Source: an uncultured delta proteobacterium
GTDB lineage: Bacteria; Myxococcota_A; Polyangia; Polyangiales; Polyangiaceae
Reading direction: 5' to 3'
Length of the DNA stretch: 64,000 nucleotides
NCBI GenBank assembly: GCA_963782055.1
Contig: CAWAIF010000002.1
Span: 320,001-384,000, forward strand
Part shown: positions 53,889-64,000 of the stretch, piece after piece
Numbering within the stretch: the stretch's first letter is position 1
Layout: every line of letters begins with the position of its first letter
The notes under the pieces: generated by a model
What the model was told of the DNA's origin: nothing
Databases searched by the model: none
Seen by the model: only the letters and a program-made list of their open reading frames with translations
Translations under genes and position numbers: made by a program

Positions 53889-55095
53889 GCCGGTCGATCT
53901 CCAGCACCTTCATCGCGGTGGCCATGAGCTCGGTCTTGGCGAAGCGCCCGGCCTTGCCCGCCTGAAGGCGCGGCTGCACCGCGATGACCCGGCGCATGGC
54001 GTCGGCGATCCGTCGCGGGATGGCGAAGCGCTCGATGACCGGATCGAGGAAGTCCAGCGCGGCGCCGGTCTTGTCGCGGGAGCCCGCCATCGCCTCCTCC
54101 AGCGGCTCGCGCAGCAGGGCGGTGACCAGCACCACGTCATCCAGCGGGGCGTGCTTCACTGCGCGGTCCACGACGTCCAGGCGCCGCCAGAAGCGCTTCA
54201 CGCCCTGCGGATTGGACTCCTCGTCGTCCAGGAAGGCGGACAGCTCGGGCAGCAGGATCGCCATCAGGCCGCACTCCCAGAGGATCCACATGGACCGGTG
54301 GGCGGCGCCGCCGCGCAGCAGGCGCATGATCTCCTCGAAGACGCGGGGGCGGGCGGCCTTGGCGAGCTCATCGCGGTGGGCGACCATCGCGTCGTAGACC
54401 GGCGGCTCGATGCCCAGGTCCAGCCGGGCGGCGAACTTGATGGCCCGCAGCACGCGCACAGGGTCCTCGCGGAAGCGGACCGAGGGCGCCCCGATGGTGC
54501 GGATGGTCCGGCGGGCGATGTCGTCCATCCCCCCGCACCAGTCCAGCACCTGGCGGCGGTCCAGATCGTAAAAGAGGGCGTTGATGGTGAAGTCGCGCCG
54601 CAGGGCGTCCTCGTGGGCCTCGCCGAAGACGTTGTCGTTGCGGATGAGGAGGTCCTCGTCGAAGGTGTCCTCCAGATCCTGCGGGTTGCGGCGGAAGGTG
54701 GCGACCTCGATGATCTTGCCGTGGGAGAACTGGACCTGCACCAGCCGGAAGCGCCGGCCGATGATGCGCGAGTTGCGGAAGAGGGCGCGCACGTCCTCCG
54801 GGCGGGCGCTGGTCGCGACGTCGTAGTCCTTGGGCCGGCGGCCGAGGAGCAGGTCGCGCACGCAGCCGCCCACGAGGTAGGCCTGGAAGCCGCCGCTGTG
54901 CTCCAGGCGGCGCACGACCTTCGCGGCGTCGGCGTCGATCGAGGCCTCGTTCAGGAAGGCGTCGTGGCGGACCAGGCCGGTGCCGGCGTGGCGCTCGGCC
55001 ACCGAGCGGGGGGCCTCCGCCTCGTCTGGGGAGGCCTCTACCCGGAAGGAGGGCAGCTCCGGCGGAGCCGGCAGGTTGTCCTTGTTGCGAGGCAT
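53854..55095 (-). CDS. pcnB: Poly(A) polymerase I
   Basis: YLVGGCVRDLL, PKDYDVAT, IIGRRFRLV (PAP signature), RRDFTINAL, EDPVRVLRA. Confidence 0.93.
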   Translation of the reverse strand: MPRNKDNLPAPPELPSFRVEASPDEAEAPRSVAERHAGTGLVRHDAFLNEASIDADAAKVVRRLEHSGGFQAYLVGGCVRDLLLGRRPKDYDVATSARPEDVRALFRNSRIIGRRFRLVQVQFSHGKIIEVATFRRNPQDLEDTFDEDLLIRNDNVFGEAHEDALRRDFTINALFYDLDRRQVLDWCGGMDDIARRTIRTIGAPSVRFREDPVRVLRAIKFAARLDLGIEPPVYDAMVAHRDELAKAARPRVFEEIMRLLRGGAAHRSMWILWECGLMAILLPELSAFLDDEESNPQGVKRFWRRLDVVDRAVKHAPLDDVVLVTALLREPLEEAMAGSRDKTGAALDFLDPVIERFAIPRRIADAMRRVIAVQPRLQAGKAGRFAKTELMATAMKVLEIDRLSGSAARPPES

Positions 55096-55402
55096 GAAAA
55101 GTTGCCGCGAGCGTTCGCGCCGGCGCGGCCCTCGCATGCTACCAATCGCGCCCGCGAACCGCAACGGCCGGAGGGACGCCGCTCCGTTTCACGAACCGTG
55201 CCGCGGGCGTTGACGCGCTCCGCCAGGTGATTAGCTTGCCCTCGCGGTCGAACGGATCGCCCGGGGCACCCCTGAACGCCCCGGGCACCGCTCTTCGGGG
55301 CTTTTTTGGACCGCGACTCTGCAGTATTTCCCGCGCAGGCTTCGCGCCGCGCGGCGACTGGCAAGCACTTTTCGGCAAGAGAACCAGAAGGACAGGACGA
55401 CC

Positions 55403-57313
<1,911 letters not shown>

Positions 57314-57314
57314 G

Positions 57315-58469
57315 TCAGGCGGTCGGGGCCTCGTCGCGGATGCGGCGGGCGATGAGCGTGACCGCGCCGAACAGGACGAGCCCGGCGATCACGTCGATGA
57401 CGTAGTGGTAGCGGAGGTAGACGCACGCCACCGGAATGGTCAGGACGATCGGCGCGAGCGCCCAGCCGAGCCGTGGCGCGCTGCGGGCGATGCCGCGCCA
57501 TAGCACCAGCGACAGCGCCGTGTGGAGGCTGGGGAAGCAGTCGCGCGGGACGCGCATGCGGTCCATGAGCTGCTCCTTCACGAAGCGCAGGTAGTATAGG
57601 TCCAGGCTCCGATCGAAGTGCATCGTGAAGACGGGTCCCTGCGCCGGGAAGAAGCTGTAGCCGACGTACCCGACGGCGAGGGTGAGCGCGACGGCGAACG
57701 CCAGGCGCGGAAAGCGTCGGGGGTCGAAGGCGTAGGCGACGCCCAGCGCCAGCGGCAGCAGCGGGACGTAGAAGACGTAACAGGCCGCCATCCACTCGGA
57801 GAGCGCGGGCGAGATGAGGTGCTCCATCCAGAGGTTGGGGTCGTGGCCGAAGAAGAGCCAGCGGTCGATGCGCATGAGCTCGGGGTCGACGTCGCGGACG
57901 AGCTGCACCGCGAGGACCGGCTGCATGGCGGAGTAGGCGTAGATGAGGAGCACCGGCGCGAGCCAGTCGCGGGCGGCGACACCCAGGACGCTCGCGCCGT
58001 CGCGCAGCAGCGGGCCCGGGCGCAGCCAACCGTCGTCGCGCAGGCGGCGCCCCACCATGAGCCACAGAAAGATCGGCACGATGACGGTGACGCCCATCCG
58101 GTACGCCTGGTCCTCGCCGAAGAGCACCCAGGTGGCGATGGTGCGCGGGTCGCCGTACTCGGCGGGGTGCTTGAAGCCGAGCGTCGCGAGCACGATGACC
58201 GGCGGCGCGGCGAAGGCGAAGGCCATGCGGCGGTGACGGACGCGGGCGTCGGCGTGCTCCTCCGGGAAGGGGGTGCGCCACCACTCCGCGGCGAGGCGCG
58301 CCGTGACGATGCCCAGCAGCATGAGCAGGACGTCCTGGCCAGGGAAGGGGGCGTTCGCCAGCTCGAATCGCCGCGCCGCGATCATGCGCAGGACGGCGTA
58401 CACCGCGAAGCCGAGGAGCACCTTCTCGGCCGGACGCGCGGCGTTCCACAGGCGGCGGAGTGAGCTCAC
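57315..58469 (-). CDS. PAP2-superfamily membrane phosphotransferase, Aur1/IPC-synthase-like (PAP2_3)
   Basis: Multi-TM; IDRWLF, GYSFFPAQGP, DCFPSLH, YLRYHYVID. Confidence 0.8.
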   Translation of the reverse strand: MSSLRRLWNAARPAEKVLLGFAVYAVLRMIAARRFELANAPFPGQDVLLMLLGIVTARLAAEWWRTPFPEEHADARVRHRRMAFAFAAPPVIVLATLGFKHPAEYGDPRTIATWVLFGEDQAYRMGVTVIVPIFLWLMVGRRLRDDGWLRPGPLLRDGASVLGVAARDWLAPVLLIYAYSAMQPVLAVQLVRDVDPELMRIDRWLFFGHDPNLWMEHLISPALSEWMAACYVFYVPLLPLALGVAYAFDPRRFPRLAFAVALTLAVGYVGYSFFPAQGPVFTMHFDRSLDLYYLRFVKEQLMDRMRVPRDCFPSLHTALSLVLWRGIARSAPRLGWALAPIVLTIPVACVYLRYHYVIDVIAGLVLFGAVTLIARRIRDEAPTA

Positions 58470-58595
58470 CGGTCGGTCAAGTTACCACGACGGGCGGCAC
58501 GCGCGGCGCGCGCGGGCCCCCGCGGCAGAGCCATCCCGGGGCGGGCGCGATCGACGCCGCGGCGGGCGGCCGCTCGTGTACCTTCGAGCGGGGAA

Positions 58596-60773
58596 ATGGT
58601 GGTCCTGTTCGCCTCGACGCTGCTGCTGAGCGCGCTGCTCCTCTTCTGCGTCGAGCCGATGGTGGCCAAGATGATCCTGCCGCTCCTCGGCGGCGTGCCC
58701 GCCGTCTGGAACACGTGCATGGTCTTCTTCCAGGCGGCGCTCCTCGGCGGCTACGCCTTCGCCATGGGGACGCTGCGCGCGCTCGGGCCGCGCCGGCAGC
58801 CGCTCATGCACCTGCTCCTGCTGGCGGCGGCGCTGGTGGTGATGCCCATCGCGGTGGAGCCCGCCCTGGCCGCGCGCTTCGCGTCGCACGGCCCGGTGCT
58901 GCAGGCGCTCTGCATCCTGGGCGCGAGCGTCGCGCTGCCCTTCTTCGCCCTCTCCACGATGGCGCCCACCCTGCAGCGGTGGTTCTCCACCACCGGCGCC
59001 GAGGGCGCGCGCGACCCCTACTTCCTGTACGCCGCGAGCAACCTCGGGTCGCTGGCGGCGCTGGTCGCCTACCCCTTCGTCGTCGAGCCGCTGCTCGGCC
59101 TGCGCGCGCAGGCCCTCGCGGTGCGCGCCGGCTATGCGCTGCTCGTCGTGCTCACCATGGCGTGCGCGGTCGCCACGTGGCGCAGCCCGGTGCAGGCGGT
59201 GCAGGCGGAGGAGGAGGCCAGCGAGCCGCCCATCGCCAACCGGCGGCGCCTCCGCTGGGTGTTCCTGACGGCGGTCCCCTCCGCGTACCTGGTCGCGATG
59301 ACCGAGCACATCACGACGGATGTGGCCCCCACCCCGCTGCTCTGGACGCTGCCCCTCGCGGTCTACCTCCTGTCCTTCGTCCTGGTCTTCGCGCGCAAGC
59401 CACCGCTCTCCCACGCGCGCGTGGTGCGGCTGTACCCGCTCGGCGCGGCGGCGGTGGTCTACACGCTCCTCATCTCCGCCAACGACCCGGCGCCCTTCGT
59501 CGTGACGCTGCACCTCGTCACCTTCTTCGGCGCCGCGATGGTGTGCCACGGCGAGCTCGCGCGCGACCGACCCGGCCCCGGGCGGCTGACCGAGTTCTAC
59601 GTGTGGATGTCGGTGGGCGGGCTCGTGGGTGGCCTCGCGGTGGCGCTCGTCGCGCCGGCGCTCCTGGACCGGCCGGTGGAGTACCCGCTGGCGGTGGTGC
59701 TGGCGCTGCTGGCGCGGCCGATGACCGACCCGAAGGAGCGCGCGAAGGGCCTGCGGGCGAAGCGGCTGGACTACGTGTGGCCCGCCGGCGCGCTGGCGAT
59801 CACCTTCGCGTGCGCGGTCGCCGCGCGGCATCTGCCTCACGCGGCGGCCGTCGCCATCCCGCTCTTGCCGCTGCTCGTCGTGTACGGGTCGCTGGTGAGG
59901 CCGGCGCGCTTCGCGCTCTCGGTGGGGGCGATCCTGGCGGCCTCCGGCTTCTTCCCCAGCCCGTACGGTCACATCGTGCTGCGGCGTCGCAACTTCTTCG
60001 GCGAGCTCCTCGTCGCCCGGTCGCATGACGGGCAGTGGGTCCAGCTCACGCACGGCACCACCATCCACGGCGTGCAGTCGACCGACGCGCGGGGGCGGCG
60101 CGAGCCGCGCTCGTACTACACGCGCTCCGGTCCCATCGGCGACGTCTTCCGCCTCCACGCCGAGCACCCGGCGTCGCCGCGGGTGGCGATCATCGGACTG
60201 GGCGCGGGCACCCTCGCGGCGTACGCGCGGCCCGCGGAGGACTGGACATTTTACGAGATCAACCCCGCCGTCGTGCAGGTGGCGGAGGACACGCGCTACT
60301 TCACCTACCTCGCCGACGCCTTCCCCGGCGGGCGGGGGATGCACGTCGTCCTGGGGGACGCGCGCCTGGAGATCGCGCACGCGGCCGGCAACTACGGGCT
60401 GCTCGTCGTCGACGCATTCAGCTCCGACGCCATCCCGGTGCACCTGGTCACGGTGGAGGCGATGCGCCTGTACGCCTCCAGGATGGCGCCGGGCGGGCTC
60501 ATCGCGTGGCACGTCTCCAACCGGCACGTGGACCTGTTGCCGGTGCTGGCCGAGCTGGGGGCGAGCGCCGGCTGGGCGGTGATGGCTCGCCACGACACCG
60601 AGGCGCTGCCCGACGCCGCGAAGGCCTCGTCGCTCTGGGCGGTGATGGCGAAGGATGCGGCGACCCTCGCGCCCCTGCGCGCGGGCTCGCGCTGGGAGAC
60701 GGTGCCCCGCAAGCCGGGCTTCCGCCCGTGGACCGACGACCGCTCGGCGATCGTGAGCGCGCTCGTCTTCTGA
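58596..60773 (+). CDS. Fused membrane / spermidine-synthase-like methyltransferase, copy 1
   Basis: EPMVAKMILPLLGG, PYFLYAASNLGS, HGTTIHG, IGLGAGT, EINP, DAFSSDAIPVHL, WTDD. Confidence 0.9.
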   Translation: MVVLFASTLLLSALLLFCVEPMVAKMILPLLGGVPAVWNTCMVFFQAALLGGYAFAMGTLRALGPRRQPLMHLLLLAAALVVMPIAVEPALAARFASHGPVLQALCILGASVALPFFALSTMAPTLQRWFSTTGAEGARDPYFLYAASNLGSLAALVAYPFVVEPLLGLRAQALAVRAGYALLVVLTMACAVATWRSPVQAVQAEEEASEPPIANRRRLRWVFLTAVPSAYLVAMTEHITTDVAPTPLLWTLPLAVYLLSFVLVFARKPPLSHARVVRLYPLGAAAVVYTLLISANDPAPFVVTLHLVTFFGAAMVCHGELARDRPGPGRLTEFYVWMSVGGLVGGLAVALVAPALLDRPVEYPLAVVLALLARPMTDPKERAKGLRAKRLDYVWPAGALAITFACAVAARHLPHAAAVAIPLLPLLVVYGSLVRPARFALSVGAILAASGFFPSPYGHIVLRRRNFFGELLVARSHDGQWVQLTHGTTIHGVQSTDARGRREPRSYYTRSGPIGDVFRLHAEHPASPRVAIIGLGAGTLAAYARPAEDWTFYEINPAVVQVAEDTRYFTYLADAFPGGRGMHVVLGDARLEIAHAAGNYGLLVVDAFSSDAIPVHLVTVEAMRLYASRMAPGGLIAWHVSNRHVDLLPVLAELGASAGWAVMARHDTEALPDAAKASSLWAVMAKDAATLAPLRAGSRWETVPRKPGFRPWTDDRSAIVSALVF

Positions 60774-60808
60774 CGCCGCGCGCCCGCTCGTGTACCGTTC
60801 GATCGCCG

Positions 60809-63014
60809 ATGGTCGCGCTCTTCGCCTCGACCCTCCTGGTCAGCGCCACGCTGCTCTTTTTCATCGAGCCCATGGTGGCGAAGATGCTGCTGCCGCTGCT
60901 GGGTGGGGTGCCCGCGGTCTGGAACACGTGCCTCGTGTTCTTCCAGGCGACGCTGCTCGCCGGCTACCTCTTCTCTCACGCGACGCTCCGGTGGCTCGGG
61001 CCGCGCAAGCAGGCGGTGGTGCAGGTGTTGCTCGTCGCCGGCGCGCTGGGGGTGCAGCCCATCGCCGTCGACGCGGCGCGCGCGGCGCGGCTGGAGCACC
61101 TCGGCCCGGTGGCGCAGGTGCTGCTGCTCCTGCTCGCCTCCGCAGGCCCGCCGTTCTTCGCGCTCTCCACGATGGCGCCCACGCTGCAGCGGTGGTTCTC
61201 CGCCACCCGGGCGCGCGGCGCGCGAGACCCGTACTTCCTGTATGCCGCGAGCAACCTGGGGTCCCTGGGCGCGCTGCTCGCCTACCCCCTGCTGGTCGAG
61301 CCCTTCCTCGGGCTGCCGGCGCAGTCGTCGCTGCTCCGCTGGGCGTACGTGCTGCTCTGCGGGCTCGTCGGCGCGTGCGCGGTGGCCACGTGGAAGCAGC
61401 GCGCGGAACAGGACACGGCGGGCGAGTCGTCCTCGAAGGCGCCGCCGGTGTCGTGGCGGCGTCGCGCGCGCTGGACGGTGCTCGCGATGGTGCCGTCGGC
61501 GTACCTGGTGGCGCTCACCGAGCACATCACGACCGACATCGCGCCGGCGCCGCTGCTCTGGGTGCTGCCGCTGGCGACCTACCTGGCGACCTTCGTCGTC
61601 GTGTTCGCGAGCAAGCCGCCGATAGCGCACGCGCGGGTGGTCCGGGTGCTGCCGATGGCGATGGTGCTCGTCACCTTCGTGGTGGCGTCGGGCGCGGCGG
61701 ATCCGGCGTTCATCGTGGTGCTGCTGCACCTCGCCGGCTTCTTCGTCGCCGGGCTCTTCTGCCACGGGGAGCTGGCGGCGGACAGGCCGGAGCCGGCGCG
61801 CCTCGCCGAGTTCTACGTCTGGATGTCGGTGGGCGGGCTGCTGGGCGGGCTCGCGGTGGCGATGGTCGCGCCGGCGCTCTTCCCGCGGCCCATCGAGCTG
61901 CCCCTCGCGGTGGTCGCGACGGTGCTGTGCGGGCGGTGGGGCACCACGACGGGGTCGAGCAAGCGTGACCGCGCCTTCGACGTGGCGCTGCCCGCCGGCA
62001 CGCTCGCCATCACCCTGGTGGTCGCGTGGGGTGCGCGGCGGACTGGCGCGGGCATGCGCTGGCAGCTCCTGCTCCCGGCGATCCCGCTCCTGCTCGCCTA
62101 CGGCGCGCGCGGTAGGCCGGGCCGGCTCGCCGCGAGCCTGGGCGCGGTGCTCGCCGGCGCGACGCTCTTTCCCAGCCCGGTGGGCGACGTGCTCGACCGC
62201 GAGCGGAACTTCTTCGGCGCGCTCGCGGTGGCGCACGACCCGAGCGGGCGCTTCGTCCAGATCATGCACGGCTACACCGATCACGGGCGGCAGTCGGTCG
62301 ACCCGGCGAAGCGTCGCGAGGCCTCCAGCTACTACACCGCGAGCAGCCCCATCGCCGACGTGCTCGGCCTGTATCGCAAGGCGGAGACGCCGCGGAAGGT
62401 CGCGGTCATCGGTCTGGGCGCCGGCGCGCTGGCGGTCTACGCGCGACCGGAGGACCACTGGACCTTCTTCGAGATCAACCCGGCGGTGGTGCGCATCGCG
62501 GAGAACCCGCGCTACTTCACCTTCCTCGCCGACGCCTTCCCTCGGGGGCCGGACATCGTGCTGGGGGACGCGCGGCTGGAGCTGGCGCGGCACGCGGGCG
62601 GCTTCGGGCTGCTGATCATCGACGCCTTCAACTCCGACGCCATCCCGGTGCACCTGGTCACCGTGGAGGCGGCGCGGCTCTACGCCTCGCGCATGGCGCC
62701 CGGGGGCATCATCGCCTGGCACATCTCCAACCGGACGCTGGACCTTCACCCGGTGCTCGCCGAGCTGGCGGCGGCGCTCGGGTGGGACGCGCTGCGGCGC
62801 GACGACCTGCTCCTGACGCGGAAGGAGAGGCTGGAGGGCAAGACGGCGTCGCAGTGGGTGGCGATGGCGAAGGACCCGCACACCCTGGAGGATTCTGCGT
62901 CGTCCGCCGGGGTCGACGTGGGAGCCGCTGCGGCGAAGGAAGGGCTTCCGGCCGTGGACCGACGCGCGGTCGTCGCTGGTCAGCGTGATCCGCTGGAAGG
63001 CGCAGGAGGAGTGA
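60809..63014 (+). CDS. Fused membrane / spermidine-synthase-like methyltransferase, copy 2; +1 frameshift near the 3' end (~62893)
   Basis: Paralog of copy 1 from ATG 60809; removing a T from GAGGATTCTG restores WEPLRRRKGFRPWTDARSSLVS, matching copy 1, with stop at 63014 (as assembled it reads to 63061). Confidence 0.85.
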
Positions 63015-63050
63015 GCGCGGAGCCGCGTCGCGTCGACGGGCGGAGGCCCC

Positions 63051-63911
63051 TCAGGGCTTGACGAAGACGAGGACGAACACGTCCTCCTTGGCGCCCGGCG
63101 TGACCGACTCAATCCCGGGGTGCGCGGCCATCGCCCCGAGCTCCGCGGCCGGCTGCGTGATGTCCGGGCGCGCGTCCCAGTCGCGCGGGTCGCTCGAGGT
63201 GCGGATGAAGCGCCCCTCGCTCGCGAGCCGGAAGCCGACCGACTCGATCTCCCGGCGCGTGCTGCGCGACTCCTGCCGGTGCGCGACCTCCGGCGAGTCG
63301 AGCCCGGGGATCGCGCGATCGAGAACGACGTAGCGGCCGCCGTGCTTGAGGGCGAGGTGCGCGGCGTGGTCGATCGCCTGCCGGTCGATGCCGAGCGCGA
63401 CCAGGGTGCCGTACTCGGCGTCGAGGTAGACCATGTCCAGGTCGCGATCGCGGGGGTCGAGGGGGCTCTGGAAGTCACGCGTGCGGGCGACGACGTTGGC
63501 CATCGACGGTCGCGTCAGCCGCTCCTGCCACACCTGCTCGATCCACGGTGGCGTCCAGCGCGGCGCGTTCTGCGCGATCACCAGCCCGCTCGGGCCGACC
63601 GAGAGGGCGAGCAGCTCGGCGAAGTGGCCGGAGCCCGCCGCGAGGACGGCGACGCGCTGCCCCGGTCGCGCGTCCACGTAGGCGAGCATGTCCGCCGACT
63701 GGCGCGTCCTGTCCAGCGCACGGTCCGCGCTGGAACGACCGGGCTGCGCGAGGATCGCGTACACGTCCGGCCCGGGCTGCACCTCGCGGACGACGTGCGT
63801 GTTCTGAGGCACGCGAGGGCGCGCGGCGGGGAGCGTGGCGTTGGAGAGGTTCAGCGGCGGCGCGGTCGCGCATCCGATCAGCAGGGCGAGCAAGGGGTAG
63901 CGGAGCCACAT
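63051..63911 (-). CDS. Predicted SAM-dependent methyltransferase lipoprotein (COG4798-like)
   Basis: Lipobox LLIGC; RPGQRVAVLAAGSGHFAELLA, LKHGGRYVVLD, VFVLVFVKP. Confidence 0.75.
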   Translation of the reverse strand: MWLRYPLLALLIGCATAPPLNLSNATLPAARPRVPQNTHVVREVQPGPDVYAILAQPGRSSADRALDRTRQSADMLAYVDARPGQRVAVLAAGSGHFAELLALSVGPSGLVIAQNAPRWTPPWIEQVWQERLTRPSMANVVARTRDFQSPLDPRDRDLDMVYLDAEYGTLVALGIDRQAIDHAAHLALKHGGRYVVLDRAIPGLDSPEVAHRQESRSTRREIESVGFRLASEGRFIRTSSDPRDWDARPDITQPAAELGAMAAHPGIESVTPGAKEDVFVLVFVKP

Positions 63912-64000
63912 GGCATCGGGTGGATCAACTTCCGTGCCCGGCATCGCCGGGCGCGCGGCTCAGCCGCTCTCGACGTGGCCGCCGCCGCCGATACACTGGA

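Noticed and set aside
55362..55387. CIRCE element upstream of dnaK (CAAGCACTT-N8-GAGAACCAG)
   Set aside because: Poor match to TTAGCACTC-N9-GAGTGCTAA and wrong spacer length.

Overview
Very GC-rich bacterial DNA whose gene content (Ser/Thr kinase-AAA-TPR fusion, J-domain/TPR protein, PEGA and FHA proteins, Gly-rich 'PGRS-like' lipoproteins, AgmX/PglI-like lipoprotein) points to a myxobacterium, probably Polyangiales (inference). Most of the window is core genome: ligA, proC, trxA, rpoZ, yggS, rarA, hpt, comEC, an ECF sigma/FecR pair, an OmpR-type two-component system, pcnB, dnaK and two tandem membrane/spermidine-synthase-like genes. The most unusual region is 14.1-26.5 kb. Seven paralogous Gly-rich lipoprotein genes lie divergently around a membrane protein + TPR/PEGA gene pair. 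The five + strand copies form a mosaic array: near-identical frameworks, a shared ~60-bp linker at which signal-peptide and body modules are recombined, and sharply bounded variable cassettes with atypical codon usage. This looks like a recombination-diversified surface-protein locus. A second accessory region (48.8-53.9 kb) is an Flp/Tad pilin cassette with two small pilins absent from the ORF track and no secretion machinery. Four single-base frameshifts are visible; two turn GATC into GATTC and are probably sequencing artefacts. No rRNA, tRNA, CRISPR array or mobile element was recognised.
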